NCBI GenBank assembly: GCA_963792225.1
Contig: CAWBVM010000011.1
Span: forward strand, 37,406-101,405
DNA: 64,000 bases
From: Terriglobales bacterium
GTDB taxonomy: Bacteria > Acidobacteriota > Terriglobia > Terriglobales > Acidobacteriaceae
Direction: 5' to 3'
Both the position numbers and the translations under genes were made by a program. The notes under the pieces are model-generated. The model did not search any database. It was not told the origin of the DNA and worked only from the letters and a program-made list of their open reading frames with translations. Shown here piece after piece: positions 18,829 to 27,310 of the stretch; position 1 is the first letter of the stretch, and each line of letters starts with the position of its first letter.

Positions 18829-19892
18829 CTTGCGTTTCCTTGCTTGGAACGCGGGATGAGCACTTCGGCGGTCATTCCTGGAGCGAGCGTGTGAGTGTGG
18901 TTGTCCACAGCTATCTTCATGCCAATGGACTTGATGTCGCGCTTGGTCTTGCCCACGTCGCGCTGGGTAGCGAAGTCGGCTTCCGCATTCTTGAAGATCA
19001 CTTTGCCACTGGTGCTCTCACCGTTGGGCAGGCGTACTTTAAGAGTGTCGCCGAGGGCGATGTTCACGGCTTGCGTCTCGGGAGCGTCAGCGTAGATCCA
19101 GGTGTCGTCGAGATCAACGATGGTGACGATCGGTGATCCGGCCTGGACGACCTCTCCTTCGCGCGCGATACGCGTAGTGACGATGCCGTTGATGGGAGCG
19201 ACCACGGTGGTGTACCCGAGACGCGTTTGCGCCTGGCTGAGTTGGGCTTTGGCGTTGAGGGCCTGTGCACGGCTTTGCGCGACGACCCGGTCAGCGGCGA
19301 CCGCCTGATTGGTGCCTGCGTGGGCGACAAGCAGGTTCGCCCGGGCTGCGTCCACGGCCTTTGCGGCGGCAGCGGCATTTGCTTTTTGCAGGTTAAGGTC
19401 GGCAGTGGCGTTGTCCGCGTCTTGCCTGGATGCGACACCTTCTTTTGCCAATGGGATGATGCGATCGTAGTTCTGCTGTGAGCGGCTAACGTTCGCCTGT
19501 GCCGCCTGCAGCTGCGCGAGCGTGTTCGCCACCTGTGCTTCCGCCTGCTTGACGACACTCGAGGTCTCGCCTCGTGCCATCTGAAGCGATGCCGTGGTCT
19601 CGCTAATGCGGCGATCGGCGCTGGTGACAGACGCCTGCGATGCCTGCTGCTCGGCGCGGAGTTCTTCCGAGTCGAGCAGGGCGATCACGTCGCCGGGTTT
19701 CACCGGAGTGCCGTCGTCCACGTTAAGTTTCTCGATGCGACCCATGATCTTCGGGCTGACGACGATCTGGTTCGCGTCTACAGTGCCGATGAGCGCATAG
19801 TCGGTGGAGCGATCGGTGGTTGCGAAATAATATGCGCCGCTACCTAGCAGGATGAGGGCGAAGAGGACAAAGAATTTGTTGCGCGCGTTCAA
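18825..19892 (-). CDS. HlyD-family secretion/efflux periplasmic adaptor
   Basis: N-terminal TM, lipoyl-like hairpin (VSPKIMGRIEKLNVDDGTPVKPGDVIALLD), a long coiled coil, and a beta-barrel tail. TTG start overlaps the TetR stop (TTGA). Confidence 0.9.
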   Translation of the reverse strand: MNARNKFFVLFALILLGSGAYYFATTDRSTDYALIGTVDANQIVVSPKIMGRIEKLNVDDGTPVKPGDVIALLDSEELRAEQQASQASVTSADRRISETTASLQMARGETSSVVKQAEAQVANTLAQLQAAQANVSRSQQNYDRIIPLAKEGVASRQDADNATADLNLQKANAAAAAKAVDAARANLLVAHAGTNQAVAADRVVAQSRAQALNAKAQLSQAQTRLGYTTVVAPINGIVTTRIAREGEVVQAGSPIVTIVDLDDTWIYADAPETQAVNIALGDTLKVRLPNGESTSGKVIFKNAEADFATQRDVGKTKRDIKSIGMKIAVDNHTHTLAPGMTAEVLIPRSKQGNAR

Positions 19893-20572
19893 GAGGTTTC
19901 CTCGTTTCGTGCAGGTGAAAACACGGCGTGAGAGATGAAATCGATCACTGCGACCTTGCGAACTGCAAGAGCCTCGGGCGCCAGGGGATCGGCGCCACTC
20001 ATGGCTTCGATCACAGGGGCACAGAGGAAATAAAAGACGACCGTTCCAATGACGGACAGTGTGGCCTGGCGAACATTCAGCTCCCGGAAGTCTCCGGCGG
20101 AGACTCCATCTTCGAGAATTTGCTGTACGCGCCGAATAAGTGGTCCTTGAAAGCGCTCGGCAAGAAGCTTCAAATGCGAACTTTTTCCTTCTACGGCGCG
20201 CATGATCTCGTGCTGCATGAGGCGAGCAAGCCTGGGACGCTGCGCGATCGCGTCAAAATGCGCATCGACGTAGGCAAGCAGTTGATCCCGGGGGGACGCG
20301 GCGGCTTCGATCGCCGCCATAAGACGCGGAGCTGTCTGGGCCATCGCGTGTTCCAGCACGGCGCCATGGAGCGCGTCCTTGTCTTTGAAGTAGTAATAGA
20401 GCAGCGCCTTATTGACCCCGGCGACGCTGGCGATCTCCTCGGTGCGCGCGCCCGAGATGCCGTCCCTGGAAAAAATCTGCAGAGCGGCATCGAGGATGAG
20501 AGCACGGGTATCGTCGCCCGCTGGCTTTGGCTTCCCCACTTTTGAGGGGCGGATTGTAAGGGGGCACGGCAT
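19889..20572 (-). CDS. TetR/AcrR family transcriptional regulator
   Basis: HTH block ILDAALQIFSRDGISGARTEEIASVAGVNKALLYYYF. First gene of the efflux operon. Confidence 0.9.
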   Translation of the reverse strand: MPCPLTIRPSKVGKPKPAGDDTRALILDAALQIFSRDGISGARTEEIASVAGVNKALLYYYFKDKDALHGAVLEHAMAQTAPRLMAAIEAAASPRDQLLAYVDAHFDAIAQRPRLARLMQHEIMRAVEGKSSHLKLLAERFQGPLIRRVQQILEDGVSAGDFRELNVRQATLSVIGTVVFYFLCAPVIEAMSGADPLAPEALAVRKVAVIDFISHAVFSPARNEETS

Positions 20573-20594
20573 ATTAACTAAACAGTTAGTTAAT
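20573..20594. promoter_or_regulatory. Perfect palindrome ATTAACTAA-acag-TTAGTTAAT, candidate TetR operator
   Basis: 9-bp arms and a 4-bp spacer read directly from the sequence. It directly abuts the annotated ATG of the TetR gene and is AT-rich in a GC-rich genome. Confidence 0.55.
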
Positions 20595-20861
20595 TATACC
20601 AGCCCCCTATATTCAAAGTGAACTGAGTATGGGTGCCCTGATTGCCAACCGCCAGTTTGGGGGCCGGTGTGGTAAGCTGGAAGTGCATAAGATCCTGTCT
20701 CCAGCATGACGTAGCAGCTACGTTCAGGCGATACACACACAGAGGGATGGGGGATCTACTGATTCAGATCTGATTTGGAATCCTGCCTCGGGCCCATTTT
20801 CAACCGCGCCCGGTGTGTCTTAAGCAGAGAGAAATTTAACTAGATTGAGCAAGAGATCGAC

Positions 20862-22229
20862 GTGTATCACCCCTATGAGAGGGGTTCCGGAAACCAGAAT
20901 TTCCGTGTCACGGGCTGCCAATCCTACCTTGAAAAGAGCAGACCATTGTTGACACCTTTTGCGGAACTTCCGCTTTCTAAAGAACTTAAAAAACAAATTG
21001 CCCTGTGCGGCTTCGAAACCCCTACAGAGGTACAGCATGCCGCAATTCCTCACGGAATCAGCGGAAAAGACATTTTTGCCACTGCCCAGACGGGTACCGG
21101 CAAGACGCTGGCATTTCTAATTCCAGCGATCGAAAGACTGCTCCTGCAGAAAAGCGCCCAAGGACAGCCGAGCGTGCTCGTGCTCGTTCCGACCCGCGAA
21201 CTAGCCATGCAGGTAGCCAAAGTCTATGACGAGATCGCGCCCAGAAAGCTCGGTCCGGCTGCCCTGATCATGGGGGGAGCAAGCGAGCAGACACAAATCC
21301 GCGCACTCAAGAATGGCGCCCGCATCGTGGTCGCCACTCCGGGACGTTTCGAGGACCTGCTTAAACGGCGGTTCCTGAAACTGGACCGCATTGAATTGTT
21401 GGTACTGGATGAAGCCGACCGCATGCTTGACATGGGATTCGTCCCGGCGATCCGCAGAATCGTGAAGCAGCTGCCTAAGCAGCGTCAGTCTATGTGCTTC
21501 TCGGCGACGGCTGATCCATCGGTCGCATCCGTCGTAGAAGAAATCCTGCGCGAGCCGGTCCGGTTGAGCTTCGGACACACGTCTCGTGCGGTCGAATCCG
21601 TGACCCTGAAGGCGTACGAAGTGGACCAGAACCAAAAGGCCTCACTTCTGGCCAAGGTGCTGGGCGCTGAGAGCGGACAGGTGCTCGTGTTCGTCGCTAC
21701 CAAGCGCAATACGGAGCGGGTGGCTGAAAAGCTGGAACGCGGAGGGTTCAATGTGGACGTTATCCACGGAGACCGTTCGCAATCGCAGCGTAATCGTGCG
21801 CTCGACTCTTTCCAACGGGGCCGTACACAGATCCTCATCGCCACCGATGTGGCTTCGCGTGGCATTCACGTGGACAACATCGCACTGGTCGTGAACTACG
21901 ATCTGCCGAACATTCCTGAAGACTTCATCCACCGCGTCGGCAGAACGGGACGCGCTGGGAATAGCGGCGTAGCCGTGACCTTCTGCACTCCGGTCGAGAG
22001 ACGCGATCTGGCGAAATTCGAGCGCGTGCTGCAGGTCAAGATGGAGCGCATTCGCACTGGTGGTGATCTCGAGCGCGAGCAGCGCGGCCGTCCAGTCGAT
22101 ACCGAGAAGCTGCGCTTCGTGCCGGCCCAGAGACAGCAGGGAAAACAAGGCAAGGGAAGATCTTCATCGAAAACTCCCGCGGCGTTCCTGCTTGAGGGCG
22201 AATCACTGCAGAGATACTCAGTCAACTAG
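20862..22229 (+). CDS. DEAD-box ATP-dependent RNA helicase (RhlE/CsdA-like)
   Basis: Q motif (GFETPTEVQ), AQTGTGKT, DEAD (VLDEADRMLD), SAT, HRVGRTGRAG, and a basic C-terminal tail. The true start may be the TTG at 20946/20949 (LLTPFAEL). Confidence 0.9.
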   Translation: MYHPYERGSGNQNFRVTGCQSYLEKSRPLLTPFAELPLSKELKKQIALCGFETPTEVQHAAIPHGISGKDIFATAQTGTGKTLAFLIPAIERLLLQKSAQGQPSVLVLVPTRELAMQVAKVYDEIAPRKLGPAALIMGGASEQTQIRALKNGARIVVATPGRFEDLLKRRFLKLDRIELLVLDEADRMLDMGFVPAIRRIVKQLPKQRQSMCFSATADPSVASVVEEILREPVRLSFGHTSRAVESVTLKAYEVDQNQKASLLAKVLGAESGQVLVFVATKRNTERVAEKLERGGFNVDVIHGDRSQSQRNRALDSFQRGRTQILIATDVASRGIHVDNIALVVNYDLPNIPEDFIHRVGRTGRAGNSGVAVTFCTPVERRDLAKFERVLQVKMERIRTGGDLEREQRGRPVDTEKLRFVPAQRQQGKQGKGRSSSKTPAAFLLEGESLQRYSVN

Positions 22230-22246
22230 TGAGTTAGCAGTTGCAA

Positions 22247-22274
22247 AGAGCGCGGACCAAGGTCCGCGCTTTTC
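22247..22274 (+). terminator. Rho-independent terminator
   Basis: gcgcggacc-aa-ggtccgcgc followed by tttt, 20 nt after the helicase stop. Confidence 0.7.
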
Positions 22275-22371
22275 AACAGCGCTTCCACATCTTTGCTCCT
22301 GATGTACCTGGAATGACATCTTCTTTTTGGAAGAGTGTCACGGTACTCTGACAAGACTTCTGGCCACCCCT

Positions 22372-23118
22372 ATGCGCACTCTTTCTAGATCTTCTGTTTT
22401 CAAATCATCCATTGTTGGTTTAGTGGTTCTTCTGGTCACGTCATCGGCGTTTGGCCGGACGACGCATCCTCGCAGTACGCACTTCAGGCGTGCGAGACAT
22501 TTGAAGGTCGCGCATCGCAGAAGCTCAAGACGAAGATTGATGCGCCTGGCTCTGTTCTCGCCGCTACGGGGCACGCACGACTCACTCGTCCATCAGAACC
22601 TCATGGTCGGGCAGGACAATCTCGAGCGCATCCAGGATGACCAGCAGTTATCCGAGATGACAGAGAACCAGCAACTGCTCGCACTCCCCGGCACCTCGCA
22701 GATCACCTTCGATCCGTCACTGCCGGAAAACCGCCGTTTCTGCCGCCCCTGGACGAAGACGTTCCTGACCGAGTTTGCACAAGCGCACTGGCTCAAGTTC
22801 CATCATCAACTGCAGGTGAACTCAGCGGTGCGGACAGTCGAGTTTCAACAGCGTTTGCGCCGGGTAAACGGTAACGCTGCGGCGACTGACGGCGATACTG
22901 CTTCTCCGCACTTGACGGGCGCGACCGTTGACATTGCCAAGCACGGCATGAGCCGTTCTGAGTTGCAGTGGGCCAGACAATATCTGCTGGAATTGCAGAA
23001 GCAGGGCAAACTGGACGCAGAAGAAGAATTTCGTCAACCGGTCTTCCACATCACGGTATATAAGACCTTCGACTCAGAACAGGCAGCCCGGACCGCATCC
23101 GTAACAGGCGGAAATTAA
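22372..23118 (+). CDS. Secreted protein with a LAS-type (VanY/peptidase M15-like) motif; resembles the DUF5715 family
   Basis: Signal peptide after the ATG at 22372. SPHLTGATVDI fits the S-x-H-x-x-G-x-A-x-D zinc-ligand motif of LAS metallopeptidases. Confidence 0.6.
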   Translation: MRTLSRSSVFKSSIVGLVVLLVTSSAFGRTTHPRSTHFRRARHLKVAHRRSSRRRLMRLALFSPLRGTHDSLVHQNLMVGQDNLERIQDDQQLSEMTENQQLLALPGTSQITFDPSLPENRRFCRPWTKTFLTEFAQAHWLKFHHQLQVNSAVRTVEFQQRLRRVNGNAAATDGDTASPHLTGATVDIAKHGMSRSELQWARQYLLELQKQGKLDAEEEFRQPVFHITVYKTFDSEQAARTASVTGGN

Positions 23119-23423
23119 AACACAATCGTTTGTTGAGATCTCTATCTGGCGAATCTCGCGTTTCGCGTGGGCAGTCATGCGGAGCCCACGCGCAGAACGA
23201 CATCGCAGCTCGTTCGCGCATCCGTTCAGCAACCTTGGTGTTCTGAATGTTGGAGCATTCGCCGGCTCACAAGATCACCTGGCATGAAAACTGCTCCCCG
23301 CCTGGATGCTGGCTTACTTCGGTAACGAATCCGGCTGCTTTGCTTATTGACCGGGCGGCATTCCACCGGGATATTGAAGAGGAATTGTTGTGCACTTCTC
23401 ACAGCAATGGAGGAGCGAACTTC

Positions 23424-23585
23424 ATGAACGATATCGATGCCGCTTTGGAACAAAAACTCTCACAGACAAAACAGCTTCAGAAGGACATCGAAATTCTGAC
23501 TGCAGCACTCCGCATGTCGGGCGAAGAAGACGACGGCCGGAAGGTCCGGAGCGTTATCGATATCTCGGAGTCGAAGCGTTCTTAG
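23424..23585 (+). CDS. Small (53 aa) coiled-coil hypothetical protein
   Basis: ATG is preceded by GGAGGAG with a 6-nt spacer. MNDIDAALEQKLSQTKQLQKDIEILTAALRMSGEEDDGRK is helical and charged. No homology recognised. Confidence 0.4.
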   Translation: MNDIDAALEQKLSQTKQLQKDIEILTAALRMSGEEDDGRKVRSVIDISESKRS

Positions 23586-23591
23586 CCGTCT

Positions 23592-24614
23592 CTAGTTCCT
23601 TTGCAACTCTGGGCGCACGGAGACCTCGACGGTAAATTTTCCGCGAAGCACCTGCAAGATAGAATGCCGGTTCGCTGCGGACTCATCGAGCAGCCGATAG
23701 AGCGAGTCGACGCCCTCGATGGGATGTCCATCGAAGCGGACGATGATGTCGCCCTCACGCAGGCCAGAGCTGGCAGCCGGACTTTCTGGTGCGACTCCGA
23801 TCACGAGGGCACCTGAAAGCGTGTCGAGGGAGTGAAAACGCGCGAACGCGGTGTGAATCGGTGCGGTCTGCGCCTGCACACCGAGGTAGCTGCGCCGGAC
23901 CTCTCCGAACTGTATCAGCTTGCTCGCGATGAAGCGTGCGGTATTGACCGAGATCGCGAAGCACAGACCTTGCGCGCTCGGGATGGCGGCGGTGTTGACG
24001 CCGATCAGTTCTGCGCGGGAGTTCACCAGCGGTCCGCCCGAATTGCCTGGGTTGAGTGCCGCGTCGGTCTGGATGACATCCTCGATCAGCCGACCGGAGC
24101 GGGAGCGGATGCTGCGTCCTAAGGCGCTGACGACGCCGGCGGTAACGCTGTACTGAAAGCCCATGGGATTGCCCACCGCAATCGCAACCTGTCCAACCCG
24201 GATCTGGCGCGACTCACCGAGCGTCACCGGGACGAGGTGCGGCGCATCGATACGTATGAGAGCGAGGTCGGTGTGAGGATCATCGCCGACGACGTTCGCT
24301 ACGTAGCGTTCCCCGTCGAGGGTCTGCACCATTACCTTCGACGAGCCGTGCACGACATGACTGTTGGTCAGAAGATATCCGTCAGGTGTAAACACAAAGC
24401 CGGAGCCGCTGCCGCTCTGCGCCTGCTTACCTGTGCGATCGGTCGAGTATGTCTCAACCTTGACGACGGAGGCGCTCACGCGGTCGGCGACCGAAGTGAC
24501 TACGCGCGAGTAGGCGTCGAGCGCCTCCGCATCTGAGGTGGGAGCCTGACTGTCGACGGGAACTCCGGCTACTGGAAGGTCAGCCTGAGGCGATGAGAGG
24601 TCCATCCACTGCAT
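23592..24614 (-). CDS. S1C (HtrA/DegP-like) trypsin-type serine protease with one PDZ domain
   Basis: Catalytic triad context TNSHVV, DLALI, GNSGGPL. C-terminal PDZ (GALVIGVAPESPAASSGLREGDIIVRFDG). Confidence 0.9.
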   Translation of the reverse strand: MQWMDLSSPQADLPVAGVPVDSQAPTSDAEALDAYSRVVTSVADRVSASVVKVETYSTDRTGKQAQSGSGSGFVFTPDGYLLTNSHVVHGSSKVMVQTLDGERYVANVVGDDPHTDLALIRIDAPHLVPVTLGESRQIRVGQVAIAVGNPMGFQYSVTAGVVSALGRSIRSRSGRLIEDVIQTDAALNPGNSGGPLVNSRAELIGVNTAAIPSAQGLCFAISVNTARFIASKLIQFGEVRRSYLGVQAQTAPIHTAFARFHSLDTLSGALVIGVAPESPAASSGLREGDIIVRFDGHPIEGVDSLYRLLDESAANRHSILQVLRGKFTVEVSVRPELQRN

Positions 24615-24656
24615 GATGAGTTTCGATGAATGGCAGGCACCCCCGGATTCAAGCGG

Positions 24657-25265
24657 TCACGGCAGCAGCTCTTTCGGGAGAGACTGTCCGGGCCGCTCTT
24701 CATCCCACTGGGCAAACGTGATCCACCAGCGCGCACCGTCCCAAAGCATTTCAATGCTGTTTACGCCACGAGCGATGATCGGTCCGTCCGGAGAATTACG
24801 GGATTCATACGTGCTGAGCACATGCGCGATGTTGCCGAAGCGCTGCGTCGTGCGATGGATCTCGCGTTCGTAGAACCCCTCTTTTGTAAAGAAGCGCTGC
24901 GCAGTGTCCGTATACTTTTGGTGATCAGACACGAGAGGCGACGGTTTGCCATCTTTTCCGACCGACATCTCGACGAAGCGCAATCCTGGGATATAGAGCG
25001 AATCGTCCCGGGACCAGTCACGCTGAGCGCCCTTCGGACCGGAGACGACGTCGTACCAGGCGCGAATCATGCCATCGATAGAACCGACATCCTCGGGCCG
25101 GGGTGGAATCGTGCGGATATCCTGGTGGTCTCCGAGAGTGCAATGACTTTCTACTGTGCATATGCGCAGATTGCCTACCTTCGTATACGGGCTGGCAGCC
25201 TGCTGTTGTGCGGCTAGGGTGAATGGAAGTAAGAAGATTGCTGTAATCAAAGTAAGTGATCGCAT
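24657..25265 (-). CDS. Secreted hypothetical protein (possibly NTF2-like fold)
   Basis: Clear signal peptide (MRSLTLITAIFLLPFTLAAQQ). Globular 180-aa domain, no motif recognised. Confidence 0.6.
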   Translation of the reverse strand: MRSLTLITAIFLLPFTLAAQQQAASPYTKVGNLRICTVESHCTLGDHQDIRTIPPRPEDVGSIDGMIRAWYDVVSGPKGAQRDWSRDDSLYIPGLRFVEMSVGKDGKPSPLVSDHQKYTDTAQRFFTKEGFYEREIHRTTQRFGNIAHVLSTYESRNSPDGPIIARGVNSIEMLWDGARWWITFAQWDEERPGQSLPKELLP

Positions 25266-25433
25266 GCGCCTGAGTGTATCGGTTCCAAGCTAGTCTTTGC
25301 ATGTAGAATTTGTGGCCGGTAGCAAAACCTGGGAACGGAACTTTCGCTGGAGCGCGTCCGTATTTTCTTTCGACCCCGCGTCGGTTACTCTCCCCCGAAG
25401 TTCACAAACGGTCAGTTCTTAGAAGGAGTTTCT

Positions 25434-26474
25434 ATGTCTTCTCCGCAATCAGCGCCTAACTTTGCGCCTGCTCCGCAAGAGATCGTGATGCAGGCAGGCC
25501 TGGCGTATATCGTCTCGAGCTGCCTCGGTGTCGCCGTCAAATTAGGCGTGCCCGATTTGATCGAAACCGAGGGTACAACGCTTGGCCTGTTAGCAGAACG
25601 TACAAAAACAAAGAAGGATTTTCTCTATCGCGTGCTCCGCGTTCTCGAGATGGCAGGTATTGTGTCGCAACCGGAAGCGGGGAAATTCGCACTTACCGCC
25701 GCTGGGGCGCTTTTGCGCTCCGACGCGAATGGATCACTGCACGACATCATCGAGTTTATGACGGACCCACTTCACTTCCAGCTTTACAGTGGATTGCGAA
25801 GCAGTATCGAGACCGGAGCCACGACCTTCGAGCACATGTTCGGCGAGCCTTTCTTTTCCTGGACGACGCATGCTGAGAATGCCGACGAGACTGCTGTCTT
25901 CTACCGGGCGATGACGAGCTTTAGCAATATGTGCATCCCCGCTTTTCTTGAGGCGTACGATTTCTCGGCTTTCAAGGTACTTGTGGATGTAGGTGCCGGA
26001 CATGGTGCGATCATTCGGGCAGTCCTGAATGCACATCCATCACTCAAGGGTGTGATTGCGGATATGCCTTCGGTCATGGCGGGCGCTCGGGAGGCGATCG
26101 CCCGGGACAGGTTGGCTGATCGATGCTCGGTTGAGCCCTGCGACTTCTTCGTGTCGGTCCCCGCCGGGGGCGACGGCTATTTCATGAAGCATATTTTGCA
26201 TGATTGGGCGGACGATCAGGCAGTGGCGATCCTCAAGAACATCCGGAAGGTGATTGCAACGAACGGCAAATTGCTGCTGGGAGAGGCGGTGATCGAGAGT
26301 GGCCCGGCGCCTCATCCGGGGAAGCTGATTGATATCGAGATGATCGCATTTGTCGGTGGAAAGGAAAGGACGGAACCGGAGTTCCGCGACCTACTTTCGC
26401 GTGGTGGATTCAAGCTCAACAGGGTAATCCCGACCAAGTCGCCGTTGAGCTTGATCGAGGCATCTCCCGTGTAA
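25434..26474 (+). CDS. Class I SAM-dependent O-methyltransferase (family 2, with dimerisation domain)
   Basis: AAGGAG RBS. SAM motif VLVDVGAGHG and downstream MKHILHDWADD, typical of plant/bacterial OMT2 enzymes. Confidence 0.85.
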   Translation: MSSPQSAPNFAPAPQEIVMQAGLAYIVSSCLGVAVKLGVPDLIETEGTTLGLLAERTKTKKDFLYRVLRVLEMAGIVSQPEAGKFALTAAGALLRSDANGSLHDIIEFMTDPLHFQLYSGLRSSIETGATTFEHMFGEPFFSWTTHAENADETAVFYRAMTSFSNMCIPAFLEAYDFSAFKVLVDVGAGHGAIIRAVLNAHPSLKGVIADMPSVMAGAREAIARDRLADRCSVEPCDFFVSVPAGGDGYFMKHILHDWADDQAVAILKNIRKVIATNGKLLLGEAVIESGPAPHPGKLIDIEMIAFVGGKERTEPEFRDLLSRGGFKLNRVIPTKSPLSLIEASPV

Positions 26475-26638
26475 GCCTTTAAAGAGTAAGAGTTTAGAGG
26501 GGATGGGTAGCAGGTTTTCAGAATGATGAAAATCTTAGCGTAATACACTCACAAAGTCTGCTACTTTTGATATCATATGTTCATCTAAAGAGATGTAGGC
26601 GATCCGGCATTCGACCGGGGTAGCCGATTGGAGAAGAT

Positions 26639-27106
26639 ATGATGATCACCCGTTGGGACCCAATTCGTGAATTAGCTGGTTTGCACAAAACCGTGAATTC
26701 CATCTTTGAAGAGACAGCGGCGAAGGACGGCACCGTCGCGAACAGTTTCGTACCTCCTGTTGATGTCTTTGAGGACGAGAGTTCGATCGTTCTGAAGCTG
26801 GAAGTACCTGGCGTGAAGGCAGACGAACTCGATATTCGGCTTGAGAACAACAAGCTGAGCGTCCGTGGAGAACGCAAGTTCGAGGCAGAGAAGGCGGAGA
26901 ATTTCTTGCGAGTGGAACGTCGCTACGGTAGCTTCGTGCGCAGCTTCACGCTGCCAAACGCGATCAGCAACGACAAGGTCGAAGCAAACTACATGGACGG
27001 CGTGCTTGAGATCGTGCTCGCAAAGCGGCCCGAAGCGCAACCCAAGCAGATCAAGGTCCATGCAGGTGCGAAGCAAATCGATGCTCAACAGCCAGTTGCC
27101 CAGTAA
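26639..27106 (+). CDS. Hsp20/alpha-crystallin family small heat-shock protein
   Basis: FVPPVDVFEDESSIVLKLEVPGV...SFTLPNAI...ANYMDGVLEIVLAK is the alpha-crystallin domain. Confidence 0.9.
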   Translation: MMITRWDPIRELAGLHKTVNSIFEETAAKDGTVANSFVPPVDVFEDESSIVLKLEVPGVKADELDIRLENNKLSVRGERKFEAEKAENFLRVERRYGSFVRSFTLPNAISNDKVEANYMDGVLEIVLAKRPEAQPKQIKVHAGAKQIDAQQPVAQ

Positions 27107-27178
27107 TTTGACCACTTGACCACCGCAACCGGCATCGCAGAATAAGAAATCACGGATCTGAGTTCGGTGGGGACACTC

Positions 27179-27207
27179 GGCGCGAAGGGGCAAGATCCCT
27201 CCGCGCC
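27179..27207 (+). terminator. GC-rich hairpin between hsp20 and clpB (possible partial terminator)
   Basis: ggcgcgaagggg-caagat-ccctccgcgcc. The downstream T-tract is weak (gtactattt). Confidence 0.3.
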
Positions 27208-27310
27208 GTACTATTTAAAACCTCGCCGTTAAGAGCGGTTCCGGCGACTAAAATAATGCCCCCGGGCGGACGAGCTTGAAGATGAGCTCAAGAAATTTGA
27301 GGCAAACCAT

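Noticed and set aside
25434-26474. Secondary-metabolite cluster around the O-methyltransferase.
   Set aside because: The neighbours are a secreted hypothetical protein, HtrA and hsp20. No PKS, NRPS, terpene, RiPP or tailoring genes are present.
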